From positions 64,001-128,000 of the IMG/VR virus record IMGVR_UViG_3300022924_000016: DNA of 64,000 nucleotides. The stretch is one strand, 5' to 3'. Shown here piece by piece: positions 1 to 9,800 of the stretch; position 1 is the stretch's first letter, and the number at the start of each line of letters is the position of its first letter. This DNA comes from a virus. The notes beneath the pieces are model-generated. The model was not told where the DNA came from. It searched no databases and worked only from the letters and a program-made list of their open reading frames with translations. The position numbers and the translations under genes are program-made.

Positions 1-2
1 AG

Positions 3-221
3 AATGAAATAATAAAGAGTAAAGATGAAGCTATTACTAATAATGATGTTAGATATAATAATAACATTGACGCTCTTCAAAATAAAATCAATGAACAAGA
101 AAAGGAAAAATTTAAAATCAGCGACGATGCTCAAAAGTATTTCAGAGAAAGATTTGAAAAACTTGAAGAAGAGTCCCGTAGAAATTACAGAGAAGTAAGA
201 CAAATAAAACCGAGTAAATAA
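3..221 (+). CDS. 3' part of a coiled-coil protein (runs off the window start)
   Basis: Open frame NEIIKSKDEA...RQIKPSK ending at TAA 219-221, overlapping the next ATG (TAATG). Confidence 0.6.
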   Translation, partial: NEIIKSKDEAITNNDVRYNNNIDALQNKINEQEKEKFKISDDAQKYFRERFEKLEEESRRNYREVRQIKPSK

Positions 222-472
222 TGAAGACATTAGGAGCATTAATTATAGGATTTTTTCTCGTACTATCAGTGAAGAACAATGAGAAAATTTACCCCGAAGT
301 AGCGAAAATAAGTTTAGAAGAATCAAAAAGTTTTGAAGAAACAATGCAAGAAACCGATTTATATAAAAAGACAGTTATTGTAGAGGACACCATAATTCAG
401 ACACAAAAAATATTAAGAGAAATAAAAGATGAAAAAACTCATAGACGATCTGCTGAAATCACCAAGTGGTAA
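221..472 (+). CDS. small membrane-anchored protein, lysis region
   Basis: N-terminal hydrophobic segment; translationally coupled to neighbours. Confidence 0.55.
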   Translation: MKTLGALIIGFFLVLSVKNNEKIYPEVAKISLEESKSFEETMQETDLYKKTVIVEDTIIQTQKILREIKDEKTHRRSAEITKW

Positions 473-689
473 GTATTCAAGAAAAAGTGTTATTATTATT
501 ATAACATTTGCATTCACAATAATTTTAGGAAGTTATATAGTAGTAGCTGAAGTGTTGAATAGTTATGCCTCTGGAATATTTGATTCGTTATTAATATTTT
601 TAAGTACCTTGCTTTCGATTTCGATTGCCGATAAGAAGATTTTAAATAAATCAGTACCGAATATAACTCAAGAAGAAACAGAAATATAA
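429..689 (+). CDS. putative holin (2 TM)
   Basis: Two hydrophobic helices after GKYSRK, charged C-tail, directly upstream of endolysin. Confidence 0.65.
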   Translation: MKKLIDDLLKSPSGKYSRKSVIIIITFAFTIILGSYIVVAEVLNSYASGIFDSLLIFLSTLLSISIADKKILNKSVPNITQEETEI

Positions 690-701
690 AACCAAGAAAT
701 A

Positions 702-1457
702 ATGCCTAAAGCAAAAGAAACAAAAAATTTAGTATTTCATACCTCAGCAGGATTTTCATTAGTTCCAGGAATAGAAGATTTTTGGAGAAATAATTTAAAA
801 TGGAAATCAAAAGGGTATGCCGTAATTATAGAACCTAAAGGTAAAATTTGGTACTTGAACGACAACACTGCCAAATATGGATATGTTGAGAAATACAACC
901 AAGGTAAATGTTTTGAATTTATTACTAATGGAGTAGCAGGAAACAACTCAAATAATGTACATATTTGCTACATAGGAGGGATAGAAGTTGCAGGAAAAGA
1001 TTCAAAAGGACAAAATATCTACAAAGGAAAAGACACAAGAACACTTGAACAGAAAGCCTCATTTGAAGTAGTTATAAAACAGTTTTTAGATTGGTGCAAC
1101 GCTAATGGAAAAGATACCAACTTTGCGACTGGCTTTGTGGGGCATAGGGACTTTTCTAAGGATTCTAATAAAGACGGCATAATTGCAAGTTGGGAAAGAA
1201 TTAAAGAGTGCCCTTGCTTTGATGCGATAAAAGAGTACGAAAAATACGCTTCTCCCGATAGAAAAGGATTACTACCTACAGTTCAATCTACTAAACCACA
1301 AACAATAAAAGATAATAGCTTCAAGTTTTATTCTGTAGTTGCGGGAGATACACTTTCAAAAATCGCCATAAAGAATAAAACGACAGTTATAAAAATTAAA
1401 AAAGATAACTCTTTGAATACCGACTTAATACAAATAGGACAAAAACTTAAAGTATAA
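702..1457 (+). CDS. endolysin: T7-lysozyme-type N-acetylmuramoyl-L-alanine amidase with C-terminal LysM domain
   Basis: LVFHTSA, HICYIGG, GHRD, KECPCF Zn-amidase motifs; YSVVAGDTLSKIA...LIQIGQKLKV LysM. Confidence 0.9.
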   Translation: MPKAKETKNLVFHTSAGFSLVPGIEDFWRNNLKWKSKGYAVIIEPKGKIWYLNDNTAKYGYVEKYNQGKCFEFITNGVAGNNSNNVHICYIGGIEVAGKDSKGQNIYKGKDTRTLEQKASFEVVIKQFLDWCNANGKDTNFATGFVGHRDFSKDSNKDGIIASWERIKECPCFDAIKEYEKYASPDRKGLLPTVQSTKPQTIKDNSFKFYSVVAGDTLSKIAIKNKTTVIKIKKDNSLNTDLIQIGQKLKV

Positions 1458-2101
1458 TGATAGCCTTAAAAACATATTGGAGAGAAATACTCATAGGATT
1501 GCTAGTAATTACAGTTATAGCTTTATTGAAAGATTGCAACCCTGAAACATCTACAGTCACTACTTATAAAGACGTAAAAGTAAAAGTCCCAGAAGTTGTC
1601 GGAACATTAATTCCTGAAACAAATACAGAATTACCAAGCAAAGGGACAGACTCAATAATCTACAAAGATAAGATTATATACTCGACTCATCCATTTGACA
1701 AGAATCTGGCAGAAAAATATTTAAAATCAACGGACAGCTTAAAGAACTTATTATTTATAAAATCAATTCAAGAAAAAGAAAATATAACTGATTTCTCAGA
1801 CAAAAATATAGAGTTAAAAGTAAGGACAACAGTACAAGGACAGCTTAAAGATATTAAGGCAGACTACAAGATAAAAGAAAGAGAAGTGATAGTTCAAGAA
1901 AAAACTATTACAAATACAGTATTAGTCGATAAGACTCCTAAAATTGGATTTCTGCTTGGAGGAGGTTATAACCATTCTTTAGATTTGAAAAATAATTCAA
2001 GTTTTGAAGTAAATGCAGGAATAAGAATAAAAAAAGTAACAGTATTAGGATCAGCCACAACAGAAAAAACAATAGGAGGAAAAATCCTCATAGAATTATG
2101 A
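1457..2101 (+). CDS. putative spanin-like membrane protein
   Basis: N-terminal TM followed by Cys; C-terminal amphipathic beta-strands; follows endolysin. Confidence 0.45.
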   Translation: MIALKTYWREILIGLLVITVIALLKDCNPETSTVTTYKDVKVKVPEVVGTLIPETNTELPSKGTDSIIYKDKIIYSTHPFDKNLAEKYLKSTDSLKNLLFIKSIQEKENITDFSDKNIELKVRTTVQGQLKDIKADYKIKEREVIVQEKTITNTVLVDKTPKIGFLLGGGYNHSLDLKNNSSFEVNAGIRIKKVTVLGSATTEKTIGGKILIEL

Positions 2102-2679
2102 AAACAGTAAAACAACTAATACAAGAATTAAACTGGTTTGATTTTTTAAGAAAGATTAAAGAGATTTTATTCAGGACTTCAGATAATCCGCTAAATTCCA
2201 AAATACAGGCAGGGGATAATATAACCTTATCAGGAGAGGGGACTGAGGAATCTCCTCTAACAATAAATTCAACAGGTGGAGGCTCAAGTGAAGTGCCTAC
2301 TCTTCAAGATGTAGTACATTCAGGTAACGTTATAACTTCGGGAATAGTTTCACAAGGAGCCCCTATTGAAGTCAGAGGTGGTGGAATGGATGTTTATGAC
2401 GGGATTAGTTTTATAAATCAGGCAGGAGATACAGTATCTTCTAGATTGAGTGCTTCTAATTCTAGTGGAATAACTACTCTTTCGCTCCAAAATGGACTTC
2501 CCTTAGATATAATAGGGGGGGTTAGGTTAAGTTCAGTAACTAATCAACAGTACAACAGAGGACTGGCGTTGAATTCTGATAATGAAATAGTAAGCTATGC
2601 TAATTCTGAAATTTCAGGAACTTTCACAACACCTGTTTCAATTACAGTAGTAAACGGAATAATAACAGCAATAACTTAA
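2098..2679 (+). CDS. virion structural/fibre-associated protein
   Basis: AGDNITLSGEGT, PTLQDV and C-terminal ITVVNGIITAI motifs seen in Bacteroidota phage fibre proteins. Confidence 0.5.
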   Translation: MKTVKQLIQELNWFDFLRKIKEILFRTSDNPLNSKIQAGDNITLSGEGTEESPLTINSTGGGSSEVPTLQDVVHSGNVITSGIVSQGAPIEVRGGGMDVYDGISFINQAGDTVSSRLSASNSSGITTLSLQNGLPLDIIGGVRLSSVTNQQYNRGLALNSDNEIVSYANSEISGTFTTPVSITVVNGIITAIT

Positions 2680-2686
2680 CTTAATT

Positions 2687-2887
2687 ATGACAGAGTGTAA
2701 TGATTGCATTGAATTAGAACAGGATTCGTGCCAAGGAGAAAAAAAATTTACAGAGTGCATAGTTTCAAAAAATGCTGTACCAATTTTAGGAATTGGTGTA
2801 AATGAGCCACTAGATATAACTATCATAAAATTATCAATAATAATACAAGGACTTGAAGCAAGAATTCAGGCTCTTGAAAACGCTTAA
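2687..2887 (+). CDS. small Cys-rich structural protein with C-terminal coiled coil
   Basis: CNDC...C...C N-terminus resembling that of the next ORF; LEARIQALEN tail. Confidence 0.5.
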   Translation: MTECNDCIELEQDSCQGEKKFTECIVSKNAVPILGIGVNEPLDITIIKLSIIIQGLEARIQALENA

Positions 2888-2890
2888 AAA

Positions 2891-4678
2891 ATGTGTAAAA
2901 GTAATTGTGATTGCAAAAAATGCTTCTCGGACAATATATGCAACGAATGCCAAGTCAGAACAATGACTGACTGCATAACGGTGAATCCTGAATTACCTAA
3001 TATAGGAACAGAGGCAGGAGAAGTTTTGTCAACAGTTTTGGAGTTAATAGACGCACAGCTAAGTATAACACCGCCAGTACCTACGATATCCATAACAAAT
3101 GTAGGAGCAGGAGAAGAATTATATAAAGGCTTGAGTAATTTAGGCAATTATGAATTTAGAACCTTAGTTCCAGGGTCGGATACTGTAAGCATAGTTCAAA
3201 CCGCCGATACTATAATAATAGACTTCGAAGCACCTGTGGTAACACAGAGAACCTATAGTGCAGTAAATACAGGGACAACTGGCATAGGCGTATTTAGAGA
3301 CGCAACAGTAGGGTCTATAAACACACAGTTTAATTTTAAAAATATAAATTCTGTAAATACGGGCACAGGAACAGATCTCCTAAATGCAGTCGCACAAGTA
3401 GGGGATACTATAACAATCTCTGCAAAAAGAATTGCATCTGACAGTTTGATAATAACAGAGACTGACGGAACTATAAATATAGAGACTCCTACAATTGTAG
3501 ATATACCTAGATTTATAGTGAATTCAGCCTCACAGGCACCTACAGAAGACGGTACTATATCTAAGCCATTTAAAACGATACAGGGAGCACTAACTGCATT
3601 CGTAGGCACAGGCACAGCAATAGCTCCCCAATTTGCAGGAGCAGAAGTAGTAATTCAAAAAGGACTTGGATACTCATTTACAGGGAATTTTAATTACAAT
3701 TCACTTACCATAATATTAGAGGAGTCAACATCTATAGATTCAAATCCTGCTGTGGGAGATTTTATATGCGATTATGATGCACTTTCTGACACTTCATCTT
3801 CAATTAAGATTATAATAAAAGAAGATGCTTCCATCATACTTCAAAAATCAGGATTCAGGAATTCAGGAACAACCACAGCAACCAATAATTTTGCAAATAG
3901 TAAGAGTATTTCTATATCAGGAATGGGTAGCATTAGACAAGTAGTGAACAGCAACACCAATAGCTACAGAATTTTTGATTCTAATTATAATGCAACCAAT
4001 AGCTATAATAATGATGGAGCGTATCAGTTTACTGTATCAGGAATAATAATAGGTACAAATACACAGTCTATTTACAGAATAGGCGGTAATAGCAGGATAA
4101 TACTTGAAGAAGTCTTAATAAGCATTCAAGGTAGCAACACTCTACCAACTACAACTGAATTTTTTAACCAGGTGGGTGGTTCTGCGATATTTTCAAGGGC
4201 AAATCTCGAAATCATACCTGTATTTTCAATAACTTTAAACAGGTTGTTTCCTATATCTCAATCTGCTTCTGTAGCTACTACTTTAGTGTTTAATAATTGC
4301 AAACTTCGCGGAAAAGTACTAACACTTTTTGAAAATATAAGCGTACTTCAGCCTAGCCTGCAAGCATCTTCAAACACGACAGAATTTTTTAATTGTACCA
4401 ACATCATAAAATCTGGCTCTGTCTTCTGGACAAACTGTAGTATGTTTAATAATGTTTTTCAATCTGGTAGACCCGATTTTACACAAGTAGATCTGACAGG
4501 AGCTAATAACTATAGTACATATAATATATTTAACTCAAATGTGGTTGAAAATTTGAGATCTTTTTCAAGCAGGGCAGTGGCTGTAGCGTCAGGACTCAGA
4601 AAAGGGGAAAAATTTATAAATACCGCAGGAGTGGCATCTCCTACAACAGGTTGGATAATAGATACCGTAATGGAATAA
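2891..4678 (+). CDS. tail fibre/spike, probable beta-helix receptor-binding protein
   Basis: Cys-rich N-terminus, Gly/Thr-rich repeats, DGTISKPFKTIQGAL motif that typically precedes a right-handed beta-helix. Confidence 0.7.
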   Translation: MCKSNCDCKKCFSDNICNECQVRTMTDCITVNPELPNIGTEAGEVLSTVLELIDAQLSITPPVPTISITNVGAGEELYKGLSNLGNYEFRTLVPGSDTVSIVQTADTIIIDFEAPVVTQRTYSAVNTGTTGIGVFRDATVGSINTQFNFKNINSVNTGTGTDLLNAVAQVGDTITISAKRIASDSLIITETDGTINIETPTIVDIPRFIVNSASQAPTEDGTISKPFKTIQGALTAFVGTGTAIAPQFAGAEVVIQKGLGYSFTGNFNYNSLTIILEESTSIDSNPAVGDFICDYDALSDTSSSIKIIIKEDASIILQKSGFRNSGTTTATNNFANSKSISISGMGSIRQVVNSNTNSYRIFDSNYNATNSYNNDGAYQFTVSGIIIGTNTQSIYRIGGNSRIILEEVLISIQGSNTLPTTTEFFNQVGGSAIFSRANLEIIPVFSITLNRLFPISQSASVATTLVFNNCKLRGKVLTLFENISVLQPSLQASSNTTEFFNCTNIIKSGSVFWTNCSMFNNVFQSGRPDFTQVDLTGANNYSTYNIFNSNVVENLRSFSSRAVAVASGLRKGEKFINTAGVASPTTGWIIDTVME

Positions 4679-4700
4679 AAATTTTGTTTTCTTTTTTCTT

Positions 4701-4740
4701 GGAAGGAGGGTGAGGGATAATACCTTTGCTCTCCTTTTTT
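4701..4740 (+). terminator. rho-independent terminator
   Basis: AAGGAGGGTGAGGG-ATAATA-CCTTTGCTCTCCTT stem-loop ending in T6. Confidence 0.8.
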
Positions 4741-4785
4741 AATAAATAATAAATTAATCAATTTTTTTAATCCAAAATTCTTTAG

Positions 4786-4793
4786 TAAATTTG
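4786..4793 (+). promoter_or_regulatory. Bacteroidota -7 promoter element
   Basis: TAAATTTG (TAnnTTTG) after terminator, 20 nt before TTG start. Confidence 0.6.
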
Positions 4794-4813
4794 CAAATAA
4801 TAAAAACACAATT

Positions 4814-5470
4814 TTGAAAAATTCTGAATTTGTAGACTTGGTTATAAATCAGGCGAAAGATAACAATATAGACTCCGTGCCTCCAAGAAGATATATCTTA
4901 AGAATGGGCAGAGCCTCCTCTATAAACTTAATAGCCCAAAAGCTTTTAGAAAGAACACTTTTCAGAGAAGCTTCCTTATTCACTACTCTAGAATGTATTG
5001 AATTAGAGAGAAGTGACAGAGTAAACTGTCCTTTGGTAGATTTAAGACGATGTGAGACTTTAATGAAATCTAAAAAACCTCTTCCTAAACCTGTTTTTAG
5101 CCGATTAGGGAGCTCTATTAAGAATATAAGGAGCGTTGATGGAGGATTTGAATTTTCAATTGGTTATGACACTCAAATAAGGCGGGATAAGAAAAGAAAA
5201 TACAATTATAAATCAGACGTTACAGTTTATATTGGAAGTGATTTGCATATCTATATTCCAGATGAAGAGATATATCACTTATCTGTAGATTTGATAACTT
5301 TAGAGACTGAAAAATGCGGTTGTGGGGATGAGTGCAAAAGTGGATGGGATTACGAGTTTATAGTTCCTGACAGATTTGTAAAAATAGTAATAGACGAAAC
5401 AGTTCAAAAAATACTTCTAAGAAAGCAGACACCCGAAGATCAAAACCCAAACGGCATAAACGGAAATTAG
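4814..5470 (+). CDS. tail ring/structural protein (crAss-like)
   Basis: Position before IHF-like, tubular and stabilisation genes; TTG start. Confidence 0.5.
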   Translation: MKNSEFVDLVINQAKDNNIDSVPPRRYILRMGRASSINLIAQKLLERTLFREASLFTTLECIELERSDRVNCPLVDLRRCETLMKSKKPLPKPVFSRLGSSIKNIRSVDGGFEFSIGYDTQIRRDKKRKYNYKSDVTVYIGSDLHIYIPDEEIYHLSVDLITLETEKCGCGDECKSGWDYEFIVPDRFVKIVIDETVQKILLRKQTPEDQNPNGINGN

Positions 5471-5938
5471 ATGGATCACAAATTTTTATTCTTCAAGGAA
5501 ATAGACTCGCTAGGAAGAGAATCTTATGAGTATTTCAAAAAAAATAAAAGATTTACGCATAAAAGTTATGACGAGTTTAAAAAATGGCTTATAATTGCAA
5601 GGGCTTTAGTGACTGAAATGAACATAATGTATGGGGAATCGGATGGTGGTTTGTATCTTAAAGATTTAGGTTATTTTTTATACCTTCCAAAATATTTAGC
5701 AAGAGGTAGAAAAATATCGGTAGTGAGAAGAAAAAAAGACAAGTTTAAATATGAGCAAAGTTTTATACCTCTGTGTAACGAGCTTTTAAGTTTCAGAATT
5801 GAAGGTACGTACCTCACTGACAAAGTATTGATACCCAACCTTAAAAAACTAGATCAAGCAGATGAATTTCAAAAACAAATCATCTATTTAAGAGGCAGAA
5901 TAAAATTCTTGCAACCCACCAAATATATGGAAATTTAA
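5471..5938 (+). CDS. IHF/HU-like basic protein
   Basis: LYLKDLGYF resembles the HU/IHF LxxFGxF signature; crAss-like phages carry IHF-like genes beside tail genes. Confidence 0.45.
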   Translation: MDHKFLFFKEIDSLGRESYEYFKKNKRFTHKSYDEFKKWLIIARALVTEMNIMYGESDGGLYLKDLGYFLYLPKYLARGRKISVVRRKKDKFKYEQSFIPLCNELLSFRIEGTYLTDKVLIPNLKKLDQADEFQKQIIYLRGRIKFLQPTKYMEI

Positions 5939-6804
5939 TGGATACGATATCAATAAACGAATTTATAGCCGAGATAGAGGCAAAATATCCTATACTTGCA
6001 GAGAGCGGAGATATAGATAAGTCCTCTATTGTATTTACTGTGATAAATGCTTTGAGAAAATTCGGAGTAAATGTACAGAATCTAAAAAGTGAATTTTTAG
6101 ATATAGATAATTCCAGAGCAATGCTTCCACAAGACTTTAAATCTTTAAGATTAGCTTATATCTTAGAACCTCTCGGATTTACAATATACGGAGACAGGCA
6201 AAATCTTACAGATAACTATGTTTATAGAGAAAGGATAGAAAATCCCGCTAGATGGAATGAACTTACGAATGAATATATGAAAAGCTGTGACACCAAAATA
6301 GTCACGGAAAAAATAACAATTAAGAGTTCCCAAATTCACACCCATTACAAACACCGTTTTTTAGAAATAGAAGGGACAGTTGAAGCAAATTCCTTAGCGG
6401 CTGACTGCCTTAATAAAAAACTTAGAGTGGACAGTCCTTACAAAGCAAGCATCTCAAACTCTATATTAAATACTAATTTCGACAAAGGTAAAGTTTATAT
6501 TCAGTATTACTCCTTACAGACAGATGAGAACGGAGACATGGTAATCCCTATATTTTCTACAGGAGCTATTTACGACTATATAGAGAATCTTGTAAAAATT
6601 GACATAACAGAGTACCTGATAAATAATAATCTGAATCCGCAAGGCATTTCACAGCTATACCAGAAGCTAGTACAAGAAACAGTTGGATTGAAATCTTTGG
6701 CAATGAAAGAGTCAAAATTTAAGGGATTGGGTAAAAATTGGAGTAAAAGTTTTTCAGAGAACAACAAGAAACACTTCTCAGGATATTTTAGATTTCCAAA
6801 ATAA
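5938..6804 (+). CDS. tail tubular (P22 gp4-like) protein
   Basis: Size and synteny directly before the stabilisation protein; TNFDKGKVYIQY..TDENG motif. Confidence 0.6.
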   Translation: MDTISINEFIAEIEAKYPILAESGDIDKSSIVFTVINALRKFGVNVQNLKSEFLDIDNSRAMLPQDFKSLRLAYILEPLGFTIYGDRQNLTDNYVYRERIENPARWNELTNEYMKSCDTKIVTEKITIKSSQIHTHYKHRFLEIEGTVEANSLAADCLNKKLRVDSPYKASISNSILNTNFDKGKVYIQYYSLQTDENGDMVIPIFSTGAIYDYIENLVKIDITEYLINNNLNPQGISQLYQKLVQETVGLKSLAMKESKFKGLGKNWSKSFSENNKKHFSGYFRFPK

Positions 6805-6815
6805 AATTAAAAACT

Positions 6816-9800
6816 GTGCAACAGAAAAAAGAAATAAGCTTACCGCTTCGCGGAATGAACAGGGAAAATAACATAGACAGACTCCAAGATGGAGAATTTG
6901 TTTTTGCTCTTAATTCTGACACTAACGGACAGGTAACTCACAATGAACCTTCAAATTACTTAAATGTAAACTTTCCAGAGGGTTATAAAGTCATAGGTTT
7001 TAAAAAGAACGCCTTAAAAAACGTAACTTACTATTTTCTAACCAATAGAGAAACAAGCAAGTCTTCGATAGGATATGTCGAAGACTTTTTGACTTTTCAC
7101 GAAAATGAAGACCCTCAAGAAAATTGTGTAGGCTGTGGAAATGCAAACGTATTATCTGAACCTTTGGAACAGACCACACAAACAGCAGAGAACATTTACG
7201 TAGAGCTTATAAATGATAATTGTCTAGATATAGGAAAAGGTCTGAATTTCAAAGATATCTATCCTATAAAACATATTGTAATAAAAAATGAACAGTCAGG
7301 TACTACTATCTATTGGGAAGATAACTTAAATCCTCCAAGATGGTTAAACGTATCAGATACAAGCTATCTTTTTGAAGTGGAGATTCCTTGCGAGGATAAT
7401 GATATTACAAATTGTATAGACATAAAAAAACTTCTGCAATTTCCTGAACATTCTCCTCTTTCAATCCAAGCAGTATCTAGAAATGTAGGAGGTAACTTAA
7501 GAATGGGAAGTTACGAATACTTTGCATGCTATTGTGACAAAAATGGTGCTGAAATGTCAGAGTACTCTTCAAGTTCAGGAGTGATAAAAATATTCAACGA
7601 AAATGATAGAATCTTAGATTCAACTGAATTAGATGACCTGACTTCATTTTCTATAAAGTTAAATATTTTAAACTTAGACCCTAAATACAGATATTACAAG
7701 GTAGTATGTGTAGAAAGAGGCGTATTAAATTCAGATATTTTTGCCTATGAAGAGGGGATTTTCTCTACTTCAAACGATACTGTTTTGTCAACTTCTTCGG
7801 GAAGAATTTACACAAATACCCAAAGAGACAGTCTTATATCTCCTAAAAAGGAAGTACAATTAAACGATATATTTTTTAGAAAGCCTAAAATAGAAAAGGC
7901 AGAAGGTGAAGCCGTTATAGGATCGAGAAAGTATATACACGGAGTAAAAAGAAGGGAAGAAGTGAATATACAGCCTGTGGTAAATCTGCTCTCATCTCTT
8001 ATGAAGTGGCAGACAGTAATCACTAACGAGGAGTTATATAAAGATGGAGTTATTTCAGCCGATTATATGGGATATATGAGAGATGAAGTACAGCCATTTT
8101 CTTTAAGGCTTCTTTTCAAGGATGGAGGCAAGAGCTATAATTTTCCTATCATATCCAGACCAGCAAATAGTGAAGATCTCGAAACAGGATTTTCAGACCT
8201 AATGGGGGATATCTCAGGATGTGATTCAACCGACAGAGATTATAAGTGGCAGTACATAAATACAGCAAAAGTAGAAAAAACTTGCAGTATAGCCACCAGC
8301 GGTACAGAGGTAATACAAGCTGAATCTAGAGTGTGTGTAGTTCGAGGAGTTGATGAAATTAGTGCAAACACAATAGAGATAGAGTTAAATACAGAGTTTG
8401 ACAACCTAAAGGATTACATAGCGGATAATCCTAGCGTAATCATTCCTGAAATAACACCTTATCTTTTAAACCCTTACCCTGAATCTCATTGCATCCCTGT
8501 TTTTGGAACAGTTTCCACTTCAGGAAATTTGACAGAAGGGAAAAATTACATTATCTACGATTTGCAACCAGGAGATGATTTCTCAAATGTAGGTTTTACC
8601 ACAGAAGGCACGGTCTTTACAGCTACTGGAAATACGCCAGTATCATGGTCTAATCAAACAGAGGTGGAAGAGACTGTATGCGATACACCTACTCTAGATG
8701 AATTTAAAGTTTCTATCAATACTGTTGAAGGAGAATTTGTCAATAGAGAAGAATCAGCATTTCCAGAAAGCTACGAAGATTTTCCTAGCAGTTCTTGTAA
8801 CTTTTATGAAGCCAGTTCGGCAGGAGGTTATGTAAGGGATACCACTTTTGAATATCTCTATATGATGCGTTTGGGAATACCTGACAACACAAGAAAGACT
8901 GTATTGAAAAGAAGCTATAATTCTACCAATGAAGGATGCTCTTCTGCCAGCGATATCATCAACATTTCCGCAATAAATAATAATGCTCAAAGATATTTTA
9001 TAAACTACAGAGGCGGAGAAACAAGAGCAGAATTAGAAACTGCTAAAGAGGCATACTTAACAGAACTTACAGGCGTAAATGGGTTTGGAGAAAAAATTCA
9101 GTCAGGGGCTTTGTGGTTTAAAGCAAATACCCTTAATAGAAATAAATTTATATTAGAAGTATCTAAGACTCAAGAGGCTCCCGCAAATGACGACATAATA
9201 GAAACAACAGTAAATCCTACTCAAAAAGTGAGGGTTTCCCTGTTTCACAAGTGTTCTGATACACAAGCCTTCTATGGTGAGATTATTCCCATAAGAACAC
9301 AAGGGTTAAAATATAGAATAGAAAGTTATAGAAATACGGATTCTAGATTGGTCATTACAGGAACTTCGGGTTCTGCAAGCGTCATAATAAACCTAGAGTC
9401 TTACCCTATGGTTTTTGACACAGATATAGACACTACCATTAACAATTTTATGCTCGAAAACGGGACAGAGCTGGAAGAAAATGGAATAAGAATATCGATA
9501 GAAGATGGGATTATAAGTTTAAGATCGGCTATAACCCTCACAGTTAATGTAGACAACCTGGCAGGAGACCTAGACGGTACTTCTCAGAACGATATAGTAA
9601 TAATTAATAATACTGTAATTCCTCTAGTAAATCCCTTTGCTTCGGGAGATATGTTTGTAGCTATAGATCCATGGGTAAATCAAACTTTGGGACTTCCAAA
9701 AGATGACACTCAAGAAAACGGATACGATCCAGAAGCAACGCCCGTAGTAAAGTTTAGAACAGCCCCACCAGACGGATGTTTTGCTGTAGTGACAAGAGAC

